A stretch of 64,000 nt of DNA from Nemertoderma westbladi (lineage: Eukaryota; Animalia; Xenacoelomorpha). Below are positions 49,908 to 61,961 of this stretch, piece after piece (positions within the stretch are counted from its first letter, which is position 1; the number at the start of each line of letters is the position of its first letter). Location of the stretch: contig JAUCBJ010007930.1 of assembly GCA_032718475.1 (NCBI GenBank), positions 1 to 64,000 on the forward strand, read 5' to 3'. The notes under the pieces were generated by a model. That model ran no database searches. It was not told the DNA's origin and saw only the letters and a list, made by a program, of their open reading frames with translations. Position numbers and translations under genes: made by a program.

Positions 49908-51405
49908 TGTCCTGTCCTGGGGTCTGTTGTGTGGGGCTCGGTTGTTTTCTCTGTCTTGACCCTGGGTTCTGCTGTATGGGGTCGGTTGATTCCTCTCTTT
50001 CGACCTGGATTCTGTTGTATGTGGTCAGTTGTTTTCTCTACCTTGTCCTGGGGTCTGTTGTGTGTGGGTCGGTTATTTACATTGTTTCGACCTGGGTTCC
50101 GTTGTATGGGGTCTGCTGTATGGTGGTTGGTTGTTTACTCTGTCTTGTCCTTGGTTCTGTTGTATGGGGTCGGTTGTTTACTCTGCCTTGTCCTGGTGTC
50201 TGTTGTGTGGGGGTCGGTTGTTTACTCTGCCTTGCCCTGGGTTCTGTCGCATGGGGTCGGTTGTTTCTCTGTCTCGACCTGGGTTCTGTTGTATGGAATC
50301 GGTTGTTTAGTCTGTCTTGTCCTGGGGGTCTGTTGTATGGGGTCGGTTGTTTACTCTACCTTGTCCTGGGGTCTGTTGTGTGTGGGTCGGTTATTTACAT
50401 TGTTTCGACCTGGGTTCCGTTGTATGGGGTCTGCTGTATGGTGGTTGGTTGTTTACTCTGTCTTATCCTTGGTTCTGTTGTATGGGGTCGGTTGTTTACT
50501 CTGCCTTGTCCTGGTGTCTGTTGTGTGGGGGTCGGTTGTTTACTCTGCCTTGCCCTGGGTTCTGTCGCATGGGGTCGGTTGTTTCTCTGTCTCGACCTGG
50601 GTTCTGTTGTATGGAATCGGTTGTTTAGTCTGTCTTGTCCTGGGGGTCTGTTGTATGGGGTCGGTTGTTTACTCTCTCTCGACCTGGGGTCTGTTGTATG
50701 GGGGGTATGCTGTATGGTGGTCGGTTGTTTACTCTGTCTTGTCCTGGGGGTCTGTTGTATGGGGTCGGTTGTTTACTCTCTCTCGACCTGGGGTCTGCTG
50801 TATGGTGGTCGGTTGTTTACTCTGTATTGTCCTGGGGTCTGCTGTATGGGGTCGGTTGTTTACTCTGTATTGTCCTGGGATCTGTTGTGTGGGGGTCGGT
50901 TGTTTACTCTGCATTGTCCTGGGGTCGGTTGTTTACTCTGTCTTGAACTGGGGGTCTGTTGTATGGGGGCGGTTGTTTACTCTGTCTTGAACTGGGGTAT
51001 GTTGTATGGGGGCGGTTGTTTACTCTGTCTTGTCCTGGGGGTCTGTTGTATGGGGTCGGTTGTTTACTCTGCTTTGTCCTGGGGTCTGTTGTATGGGTGA
51101 CTGTTTACTCTACCTTGACCTGGGGGTATTTTGAATGGGGTCCGTTGTTGACTCAATCTTGTCCTGGGGTCTATTGTCTGTTGTAAGAAGTGGTCGGTTG
51201 TTTACTCTGCCTTACCCTGGGTTCTGTTGTATGATGGGGGTCGGTTGTTTACTCTGTCTTGTCCTGAGGTCTGTTGAATGGGTCACTGTTTACTCTACCT
51301 TGACCTGGGGGTATTTTGTATGGGGTCGGTTGTTGACTCAATCTTGTCCTGGGGTCTATTGTCTGTTGTAAGAAGTGGTCGGTTGTTTACTCTGCCTTAC
51401 CCTGG
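49908..51405. repeat. Degenerate ~43-bp GT-rich minisatellite with a 318-bp higher-order duplication
   Basis: Unit ggggtctgttgtatggggtcggttgtttactctgtcttgtcct. The block starting ~50030 is repeated 318 bp later. Confidence 0.92.
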
Positions 51406-53311
51406 TGGTTTACAGCTGCAACTACAACACTAGGTAGATAACTAGCAATAACAGCTGATTATGTTCGCTAGAATAACGTGACACTGTAGCTTACTGATTA
51501 CTCCTTTCCCTTATTTGATAATTTAACACTGATTTGCCTTAAAGTCCCCCTCCTCCCCTGTGTCAAGAAACGCAACAACCCCGCGCTCGTGGTACCGCTA
51601 TGACATGAAAATAGCACATATATAAAAGCAGCATACGGATTCAATATATTAAAAACGGGTAGGCGAACGTAATGAGTTATATATTAGGTGGTGAATAATT
51701 AAGGATTCTATATAAACTATAAGTCAGTTTAGAAATTGGATACCGGCAGAGACATTATTGATGATCTATTCTTAAGCACCATTTTTGAAGCCAAGGTTTT
51801 TCATATGTATAAAAATTCCCTAAAGATACATAAACATTTCCTAAAGTTGTATTAAAACTGTATAAAACTTCCTTAAATGTTAATTAACAATTCCTAATAG
51901 TTTCTCAAAAGTTATATGGTCACATCTGATTGCCGCCATTCTATTTTCATTTATTCTAGAATATTTCCAAACATAATAACTTGAATCAATGCTTTCACGC
52001 TGTAAAGGCTTGTTATACGAAGGAAACAATTATAGTTTAGGAAATATTCTGGAAAACATAAATTACTAAATATTTTTTTGAGAATTTTTATTTTTTAATC
52101 TATGTAAGAATGTTTACGAATTTTTATACAACTTTTGGAAATTTCCATCCAACTTTTATATCGAAAATGGTGCGTTACAATATCAAAACAAAAGCATTAA
52201 TGACATTAGGTAATAACCACGAACAAGACTTGTAGTTATGCCTGGCTGCCTAAATATGGCCCATTTTCTCATTGTACATATGACTATGTGATTCAATTAA
52301 AATTAACGGCACAATGTGATGATGTGTACATAATATGTGCCGTGGGTACGGCACATAAATACAAACTAATGCTGTGATACTAAAACAATATAAATATAAA
52401 CACACATCTATGTTTAACACTAATATGTTACGCTTTATTATAATTCGTAATATAAAGTGCCAATCCCATAAATAGGTTAAGTAACGGTGGGTACGGCACT
52501 AAACAATTGGCGTATTGTTCATTTAAAAATTAAGTACAAATAAATCATCATACATAAAAATATCACTAAAAAACAACAATTTAAATGCAACAAAGGTAAA
52601 GATGAATAAGATGATCGACCATTTTGGTTATTACTGTTTATGACACTCCCAACATTGGGGAGGGATGGATAAGAGTTGAGTATGAATTAAACCAGCCAAT
52701 ATAAAACATGCAAAAATATGAACAACACAACAATAGGTCAACGCAAGAGATGAAGGCAAAAAAAATTCAGGCCACAGATAATTTTTTTAATAATTTTGGC
52801 AAAGATTTGGAATAATATAAATATACTTATATTTGCAATTCGAATGCTATTTTTCAGAAGTTTGTTTCGGCACAAACTTCGTAACATTCAATGAGATTTT
52901 ACACCGATGATTTAATATGTTACTTTTTACTAGTAGTTTTTTAGTAACTATATTTACATCATGGTGTGAAAAGTAGCACTTTTCATGTGCGAGCGCAGCG
53001 AGGGTCAACCTTAATATACAAAGGTCTTAAACATTGAATATTGTGCTTGATGTACAATAAAGTGTAACTACAAACAATTTATTGTGTATGTAATTTTGTT
53101 ACATTATGTCAAAATTTTCAGCCCATTTTTAAAATTCCATTGTTAATATTGATGAAATTAACAACCTGATTGATTAGTTAATATATAATGTAACATAATC
53201 AGCAGTGATCCCATCCTAATAATAACCCAACTTAAATACATCCAATAAAGTTAACTGCTAGACTATCTTTTATAACGCAATTATTTCAATGTGTGATGGG
53301 GTCCCTATTAA

Positions 53312-54438
53312 GGGGGGGGTAGCGCATTTTCTGACCAAAAAGTCGAATTTTTGAAACATATCCTATCTGATGCAGAATTTCATGCTGAATCCAAATATGG
53401 AAACCGTTTTCCTATATCTTGCTTATTTTTCGAGATATCTGGGATAGAAGAGACTGGCTCCGATATATCGCGATATCAGTAAGGCGATAAAGTTTGGGGT
53501 TTGCATTCAATTTCTGCAAATTTCTGTGCTCAGTGGTGCTAATTGGATGTCTCCACGAGAAAGAGCACAAAATTTTAATTGAGAAGGTATTTTTTTATGA
53601 TTATTGGACCTACTGATCAGTTTATAAGACAACTTCATGTCTACGGAATGAAGACGGGACTCGAATAAGCGACTCTGCGGTCTTTGCGGGATTACACGGA
53701 ATAGACTTATCGGTCATCGGAGATCTTCAAAATGTATAATCTCCAGTTCTAGTGGTCGTACGGAGTTCGTTTAGGGCTCATTCGAAAGCTCTTTTCTCAG
53801 AGACCAAAGTTACCATTTGGTTTGGCAAACTCTTGAAAGCTGCCTGAGCAATCATAACTTGAACAAAATTTGTAAGGCATATTTTACCAAAATTCATGTT
53901 ATGTTGCTTTAGAACCATTTTGTCTTAAATCAAATGGTAACTTTGTTCTCTAAGAAAAGAGCTTTCGAATGAGCCTAAAACGAACTTCGTACGACCACTA
54001 GAACTGGAGATTATACATTTTGAAGATCTCCGATGACCGATAAGTCTATTCCGTGTAATCCCGCAAAGACCGCAGAGTCGCTTATTCGAGTCCCGTCTTC
54101 ATTCCAGAGACTTGAAGTTGTCTTATAAACTGATCAGTAGGTCCAATAATCATAAGAAAATACTTTCTCAATTAAAATTTTGTGCTCTTTCTCGTGGAGA
54201 CATCCAATTGGCACCAATGGGCACAGAAATTTGCAGAAATTGAATGCAAACCCCAAACTTCATCGCCTTACCGATATCGCGATATATCGGAGCCAGTATC
54301 TTCTATGCCAGATATCTCGAAAACTAAGCAAGATATGGGAAAACGGTTTCCATATTTGGATTCGGCATGAAATTCGGCATCAGATAGGATATGTTTCAAA
54401 AATTCGTCTTTTTGGTCAGAAAATGCGCTACCCCCCCC
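53312..54438. mobile_element. Palindromic TTAA-flanked non-autonomous DNA transposon (Kolobok/Sola3-like)
   Basis: ttaa|ggggggggtagcgcattttctgacc...ggtcagaaaatgcgctacccccccc|ttaa. Arms ~510 bp, spacer ~110 bp. Confidence 0.88.
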
Positions 54439-54727
54439 TTAAAGTGCCAATATTTATAAACAGATTTGATATACCGGTAGGCCTATATAAGATGCTAGTA
54501 CATAAAGTGATATTGAAATTAGTAAAATATGGCAGGTGAATGCAATGGGATATGAAACATGCTATAATGCTATCTTATTTAATATGGGAATCAAAGAACA
54601 GTTACCCTTTAACCAAAATAATGTCAACTAGGTCATACATTAGTTTTCCTCTCAATATATTGATGTTCACCTTGGCAATTATTATGTTCACTGACATTTC
54701 ATTATATAATTGTTATACCGGTATTAA

Positions 54728-55275
54728 CCCTATTACCACTGAGGGGAGGGGGGCCGAATCGGCCCCTTTCTAATTTTTAATCGCTGTATCTATGCAACCA
54801 CATTATGTACCAGCCCAATCCACAAAGTCTTCAGGCTTCGATAATATTTTCAACCGATTCAGCGGTCCAGAAAACCTATAAAAACGCATTGAAATCAAAA
54901 GATGGGGGTATTTTCCGAATATCGTATTTTTCAAAATTTGAAGTGCCACATCCACTTCTTAAGTGCACGAAAAATAGCATCCAGTTCAATTTTCGGAAAT
55001 GGAATATAATCACATTCGATTCAGCGTAGTGAAAAACCTACCAATGCTAGCCAACAATGCCACACTATATCAGCTTTTAGAATATCAAATGAAATGAAAT
55101 TTTCATTTTTTTGGATTTGAATATGGATCTTCGATAATTTTTTCACCTACAGCCCAAATTTCGTAGGATTTTATTGGATGATTACAAAAATACAGCGGGG
55201 GGGGGGGGGGGGGGGGGGGCGAATCGACCCCCCGCCAGTGCTGGTAATGGTCTAAACACCCCAGTGGTAATAGGG
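54728..55275. mobile_element. piggyBac-type MITE
   Basis: ttaa|ccctattaccactg...cagtggtaataggg|ttaa, with subterminal ggggc(c)gaatcg.cccc palindromes near both ends. Confidence 0.85.
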
Positions 55276-55598
55276 TTAAGGTCACACATCCAATTTCATT
55301 GACTGAATTCTATCAAATTCCCTGACTTTCTCGATCTAAAAATAATTCTGAATTCAATGTGTGGCCTGTGGAGAAATTGAAGAAATTCAGGTTCAATTTT
55401 TAATTATGTTCAAACGACTTAATAAGACTTTAAAACAAAGCTCACTGCACACATGCAACACAAAAGCTATCCTATATATATATATATAAAGCATTCAATA
55501 TTATAAACTACAGAACTATATATATAAAGTATAAAAGGTATGATCGCACAAGCATGCATTGGTAAGACTAGATGTGTATAAGTAGATGAATATCGAAT

Positions 55599-57335
55599 TC
55601 ACTTGAAAGGAGAATATATCTTCGCTTTTCCAGATCCCCAAACATCTAGCATTACCTTACGTTTCTTTTTGCTATCCGAGCCATACAATCGTCGACGCAT
55701 ATCTGCTGGGAGAAGAGAATAACAACGCGGGCAGAGAGGACGTTTATCTAGATCGAAAGATGGTTCCTTGTCCACAAGATGAGTGTTACACAGACAACAA
55801 TTATAATGGGCGACGCAATATTTCTTAGTATTGAAGGATATGACATCACCAACGATAACCTTGTTGCAATAGAAACAGATGTTACCGAACAACTTATTGT
55901 AATGGGCTTCGCAGTAAGCCAATCCGTTTCTTTCATAGAAACGATGGCCATGAAAAGGTTTCTCGCAGTAGGAGCATACAAAGTGTTCTATATGCCACAC
56001 TTTACCTAGTGCGTGAACCCGTCTATCTTCAATAGGGCGTCGGCATGCTCCACATATCGGGATGCCCATGGCATCGTGACAAGGTAGACAGTATAGCTTT
56101 CCTTTCACCTCACGAGCTGAACACGTTAACTCCACTGAACATTTGGAGCATTTGAAATGGTATGGATGATAGTGATCCCCACCGAACTTTAAACTCGGTT
56201 CTTCGATGTAAGACTGGCAGCGCAAGCAAATGAACATACCCTCAGACTGTTCTTTATCTCGCATATGACACTGGCGGCAAAGAGCTCGATGATTAACCTT
56301 AACAAACCCAAGATCAGCTAGTTCAATCCCACAAGAGGAGCAACAGAAACATTCTGGATGCCAAGAACGATCCATGGCTCGCAGCACTCGCCCAATTACA
56401 AATTCTTTGCATTGTGCACAACATGGAGCAAAGAGGACATGAAAATCGGTTTCGCAATATTTCCTCCCATCAAATTCAAAGTACAAACTATCAGGAAATG
56501 GCCTAAAACACTGAGCGCAAACGAAACATTCTATGTGCCACAGCTCTCCCTTGCAATTAACCATTTTTTCTTCTGCTTGGAACATTTCTCCACAACGTGT
56601 ACAAGATGACACAGGCAGATCAAGCTGATGTTGTGCACCTGCCTTATGTACCTCAACAGTGACACCACTGCGTTTGACCTCATCTAACTTAGGAGGCAAT
56701 GGTGGCGGATGAAGATCATCATCAACATCACTAACTTCGGTGAGGGTTCGAGAAATCCCAGAACGTTGAGATTCATTGGTGGCTGATCTATGTAAGTGCA
56801 AGGGTGGAAGAGCCTCCATTAATTCCCGTTGCTGCCATACAGGTTCTGTAACTGGATCCTCTGTAAACCATTGATGTCTAACTGTTTGCGGTTGAGACAT
56901 ATACAATGTCTTAGTAACTATTTCCCCTTCAGGTCCTACTTCGGCCCATTGTTTATGGACATTCATTCCCTTCGGGGTATCATTCTGTACATCATGGACA
57001 ATCCTTGATTCAGAGTAGTTACTTTTCGCACCATTTGCTACTTCTGGAAAAGGTCCTACGGAATCAACACCACGCCCTAACTGAACCTTACGATGGATCT
57101 TTCGGCCATCTGGGAGGGTTTCAGTAAACTCCTGCAATGACAAACCATCAGTTCCTGTTGGTGCGTCGATCACTTGATCATTACTAAGTGGAATAGGTAC
57201 AGAGCCAGCCGCTGATGCATTATGTAATTGATACTCATACGACTTTATGATATTAACTCGCTGACCTGAAGAAACATCTCCAAAGTCTTGTGGCCTAATA
57301 TTTAATTGGCTCTGTGTTGGGTGGGAATAATCCAT
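55599..57335 (-). CDS. PINCH: PINCH/LIMS five-LIM adaptor with ~240-aa N-terminal extension, copy 1 (578 aa, intronless)
   Basis: Five LIM domains with PINCH signatures (FVCAQCFRPF, FEFDGRKYCETDFHVLFAPCC, YHPYHF, AREVKGKLYCLPCHDAMGIPICGACRRPIE, LPADMRRRL). ATG at 57335 by alignment with copy 2. Confidence 0.93.
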   Translation of the reverse strand: MDYSHPTQSQLNIRPQDFGDVSSGQRVNIIKSYEYQLHNASAAGSVPIPLSNDQVIDAPTGTDGLSLQEFTETLPDGRKIHRKVQLGRGVDSVGPFPEVANGAKSNYSESRIVHDVQNDTPKGMNVHKQWAEVGPEGEIVTKTLYMSQPQTVRHQWFTEDPVTEPVWQQRELMEALPPLHLHRSATNESQRSGISRTLTEVSDVDDDLHPPPLPPKLDEVKRSGVTVEVHKAGAQHQLDLPVSSCTRCGEMFQAEEKMVNCKGELWHIECFVCAQCFRPFPDSLYFEFDGRKYCETDFHVLFAPCCAQCKEFVIGRVLRAMDRSWHPECFCCSSCGIELADLGFVKVNHRALCRQCHMRDKEQSEGMFICLRCQSYIEEPSLKFGGDHYHPYHFKCSKCSVELTCSAREVKGKLYCLPCHDAMGIPICGACRRPIEDRRVHALGKVWHIEHFVCSYCEKPFHGHRFYERNGLAYCEAHYNKLFGNICFYCNKVIVGDVISFNTKKYCVAHYNCCLCNTHLVDKEPSFDLDKRPLCPRCYSLLPADMRRRLYGSDSKKKRKVMLDVWGSGKAKIYSPFK

Positions 57336-59192
57336 GTTAAATAAGGATGGATTATATAATGCAGTGGTACTGTTTCTAAATATGAAGAACACTCCTGGAT
57401 TTTATTGCAGTCGAAATTCCATTTATAATTTATATGCTGATATGTGCAGCTCATCTCTGCATTTGCCACAAAATGTGCAGATTTGATTGAGAAAAATTGA
57501 GACTGTCTGACTGTACAGTAGGCCTACGGTAATTTATTTATTGTACCAATCAGCTAATAGGCCTACCACAGTACCATAACTGAACTAAACATGCTAGAAC
57601 ATTCAGCAGGGGAGAAGTTCAAATGCAGCTGGGCAGTGATGACAGCAGTGGGCAGTACCGGTCTGCCGGTACCAGGACCAGCTGACCGACAACTGGACAA
57701 TCAATACAGCAATAAACTACAGAACTAGTCAGCTAGTAAGATATAGGCCTAGTGATATACCAGCCAGCATAGTACAGTATTACAAATTGTCTGTCAGTCA
57801 GTCAGTCTGTGGTCGTACACGTACAGACAGAGACAGTCAAATAAATAGATAATTAGTACAATCCAGCAATCAGACAATACAGTCAGGAACACTGGCAGAC
57901 TGGTCACATCACAATATGTCCAATTTACAGCCAGAATCTAACCGCGGAAAACGCTCTCAGCAGCTTAGTGAAATTTTTCCATAGAAAACAATGCTAAATT
58001 TCATTTGAAAACCGGCAGTGCTGCAGTGAAATTTTAACATTGACATTCTAAAAATTATGACAATAGAATCGCCATAAAATTCCGTATAAATTAATTTGAG
58101 AATTATAATATCATCGTCTGATCGTTGGGATAACTGGATAACTATCATTAATATTAAAAATAAAAAATTGTCACATTATGTGCCCAGCTTCTGCTTTGAG
58201 GACAAGTGGAGTTACAAAATATGTCCAGAAATATAATCGCAGCCTGCTGGCCTGTGAAGGACAAATAGTGGCTGCACTGACACTTTCTCGCTGTAAATAT
58301 GTGGACAATTTTTGACTGAGCTTCAGTCAGAAAGTGACCAGTGCAGCATTGTTCCTAACTGCAATAGGCTGATAGGCCTATTTCAGTATTTGGGGTGTAG
58401 TTCTAGTCGTAGTTCTGTAGTTACGGTCAGGCAGTACTGCAGTACCGTACAGCCGTACCGGTAATCCTTTCACCTGTAATCAATACCAGTATGTCTGACT
58501 GTAGTATGTATTGCTGTACCTAGTTCTGCAGGCTGGCCCTGGCAGGTACCGGTATTGCTGTATTGTAATTGTACCGTCTGACCGTCCAGCCGGTTAGCGC
58601 AGTAGCCTACCTGCTGACATCTAAGACCGGTACAGCGGTAGGCTGGCCTGCTGGCAGGTATAAAATCAGACACTCAGATAGCAGATAGTACTGTACAGCT
58701 TTAGCAGTTTAGTAACGGTCTGACGGTAGTACAGTAGTACAGTACACAGTAGTATGTATGACAGTATGACTGACTATTACTGTATTACTTATTAGATGGT
58801 TTTGTACTAGGCCTGCCATAGTCTACTACTGTACTATATAGTAGGCCATGCTGCCATGGGCCTACTGCATACTGTACAAAAGTACTAGTGATGTGATAGC
58901 AGCTCATATTACAGCTATAAACTGATATTAAAGCTGATTGGCTATCTGGTCTGCTATGTACTACTACTATTACCATGGCCTGCTATATTACTACGGACTA
59001 CAGGGCACTCGAACTGGCCTCTCAAAAAGAGGCCAGTTTTTTTTTACAGTATTTAGATATTTTGATATGGAAAGAGTTCTATAAATTTTCATTTGCTGCA
59101 ATTTGGTCAACGGACGCAATTGAAGTCTCCTCGTTAAGCAAAATACTTAATTTTTTGGTGGCTAGTGTTTTAGGGCATTAGTGTGGCTTGGG

Positions 59193-59790
59193 TACTACTA
59201 CTACTAGGATCGGCATGCTGCATTGCAGCTGCGTTTTTAAGAATGCTGTGCCGGCTTGTCGACAAAATTAAGTCGCCACAACTCCCTATAACCCATGACA
59301 TTTGCTAGATCATCCGCATCTTCAAGGCCAGTGTCCTTTAAGATACATCTCAAGAAAGTCATGGGCTGTCCCCCATGCTTATTCACTCCATGAGCCAGCT
59401 AAAGCACAAGATTATGCACTGGCTGGTCCTCACGGCGAAAGCGATATCCTGCAAAGCGGAGGCGACTTTGTTCTAGTGTCAAGCTTGGCGGAACCAATGT
59501 GACAGCTCCAATATGTTATATAGTGTCTGGTTGGAGATGTGTGCATTGTACTTGACACAATGAACCCGGCGTAGCATTCTTGGGAATGTCACATCCAGAG
59601 ATTTGGTGTCCTCTGCAGTTAGAGCCCAGCATGGACTCCCATAGAGGAGTATTGGAACTACTGCTGCTCTAAATAATCGGACCTTAAGATTCCGATTAAT
59701 TATCTGGGACTTCCAAATCCTGGAAAGCCTATGCAAGGCTGACCATGCCTTTCCCTTACGTATTCGAAGGTTCTTACCTGAATTTTGATT
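59193..59790 (-). mobile_element. 5'-truncated RTE-type LINE fragment, copy B
   Basis: LRIRKGKAWSALHRLSRIWKS..NLKVRLFRAAVVPILLYGSPCWAL..RMLRRV, with a (tag)n tail. Confidence 0.85.
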
Positions 59791-60367
59791 ATGTATGAAT
59801 ATCCATATACTAGTATTATCAAGTAGGCATTGCATTGTTGCCAAGCAACTTATGAGATAAACAAAATGTTCTAGAACATTGTGTATTTATTAATAGAATA
59901 AAATGGCCTGCATCGGAAGCAAATGCATGCAAAATTAGAATACCCATATATATCTCAGCTATTTCCCAACCAAATTCAAATATTTTTACATATTTGGAAT
60001 CCTTGCACGGTCAGCTTTCAACTTGTACCAACAAATCACAAAATGTTTGAAGAATAACTGCGGTGTAACTGGTGCAATATCGACGGAGACACTTTTTTTA
60101 AACGCTTGTAGCTAAAGAATTAAAGCGAAAATAAAAATTCTGGCTCACCCAGCAAGGAGGAGGGAGCTGAAATTATCTATGTTTCAATTTTCATGCAATC
60201 TCATTAAGATTTGTCGAAAAATTGGGGGGGGGGGGGACAGGTACCTGAATAACGACACAATATTCCAGGACATAGTGTACATGTGGTTAGAAAGAATTTG
60301 CAAGTGTGTGGTGATAGTATTCGAGCAGGGTGTGGTGATAGGGTGATAGGTCTAATATTCGACTTAA

Positions 60368-61101
60368 GGGGGGGGGGGGGGGGGGTACACCATTTTCGGA
60401 CAAATCTTCGATTTATCACTCTCAGCGTTTCAAAAATTTTCGTTTTTGGCTATAATTTGGAATATAGATGCCTAAGATGCTATTCTACATGATAGGCTAG
60501 AAAAAAAAATTTTTCGCTATTTAATATTAGTTAATACTAGTTAACAATAAAAAAAACTTGGTTGTGCTTAAAACCCTAAGGTTTTTACAGTTTTGAATCT
60601 AATCACATGAAAGTTTTTTTATATGATAGATCAAAGATGGGGCAACATAACTATCAGGCGAAATTTTGTGAAATTTATTTTGCACCGCTAGGTGGCGCTG
60701 CAAATTTAGGCTAAATTTTTAGGTTTGTTATAAATAGTATTAAATTTTATTAACAAATAATTTCGAAAAGTTGTCTGATACTTTTATGCAGGGTGGCTAT
60801 CTAGACACCCACAGAAAGTTTCAGACAAATTGCTCAAAAATTATAGAAGTAGTAGGGTTTTGAAGTTGACAATTTTATAAAAAAAATATTTCGAGATAAT
60901 CGACCTTTCATTATACATAGTAATAGTAATTTCAATAGGAATCCCTAAATGGAATTTGTTATAACTTGAAAACAAAAAGAGCTATTAAATAGCGGTTTTC
61001 TGATTTGGAAACACCATTTAATCGTGCATTATAATAGACCATAAAAAAAAATTCGACATATTTTTGACCAAAATGGTGTACTCCCCCCCCCCCCCCCCCC
61101 C
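60368..61101. mobile_element. TTAA-flanked non-autonomous DNA transposon with poly-G/poly-C ends (Kolobok-like)
   Basis: ttaa|g(n)tacaccattttcgg ... ccaaaatggtgtact-c(n)|ttaa. Confidence 0.8.
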
Positions 61102-61961
61102 TTAACTATGATAGGCCAGAAGTTCATGACCCAAATATACTGGAAATCGCTAAATCTACTAGAGATGGGAATAAGAGTGGGGTGTGGGAGTCACAGGGCG
61201 GTAACCACCGTAGTTAGCGACAGAAATATTATTAGCCCCCAGAACGACGGTGAAAAAGGCATTTCAGAAATAAATTTTTTAAATTGCTGTGTGTTCCACT
61301 GTACCTTTATAAGGCGTATGTGGTGAAGTAGCATCATCATTAACATTACTATTTGCTGAAACACGAATGATGTGCCTATTGGCTCGCATTTACTCAAAAT
61401 TAATCTCGCAAATAAATAATTGGAAAATAGGAATATTGGAAGAATACTTGGCTATTCGGCACCTCGTAGTTTATATAAAAATTAAATAACTATTTAAAAA
61501 AAAACTATTCAGCGGTTATGACCATTGTTTATTTTTTAAACCTCTCTCCCTCGCTGCGTTCGCTTGATACATAAATCAGTCGGGAGATTACGCTGAAAAG
61601 GTGTTACTTTTCTCACAATGATATAGTTATTTCTGCATTAGTAAATTTCTGCCAGGAACTGACTTATTCATGGATAAATTCATAAATAATAAAATATACA
61701 AAGCAATCCAAACACAGCTACTGTATCGTTTTAGGCATCATTAGAATTCTATTGTTATCTCAACTAAATCTAATCGATGGGTGTAAAATAAAAATACTTT
61801 GTAATCATTGTGGTACGTGATCAATACACCTTAGGAAGCTAAACATCATATTCCACACAGCAACACAATTAATGCATTAAGATATATAATTGAAGCTAAT
61901 AGCTTTTAGTAATTCACTTAAATTATTCTATATAAATATTTCACAAAGTTCCATTAATGGT

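Noticed and set aside
49805-51371. Cys/Gly/Val-rich ORFs of 431 and 353 aa
   Set aside because: A-poor repeat that lacks stops in several frames.
51776-52173. Possible foldback MITE (gcaccatttt / aaaatggtgc)
   Set aside because: Short TIR, degenerate arms and no TSD.
57336-57392. 19-aa N-terminal extension of PINCH copy 1 in the ORF track
   Set aside because: Non-ATG start, and no similarity to copy 2 upstream of MDYS.
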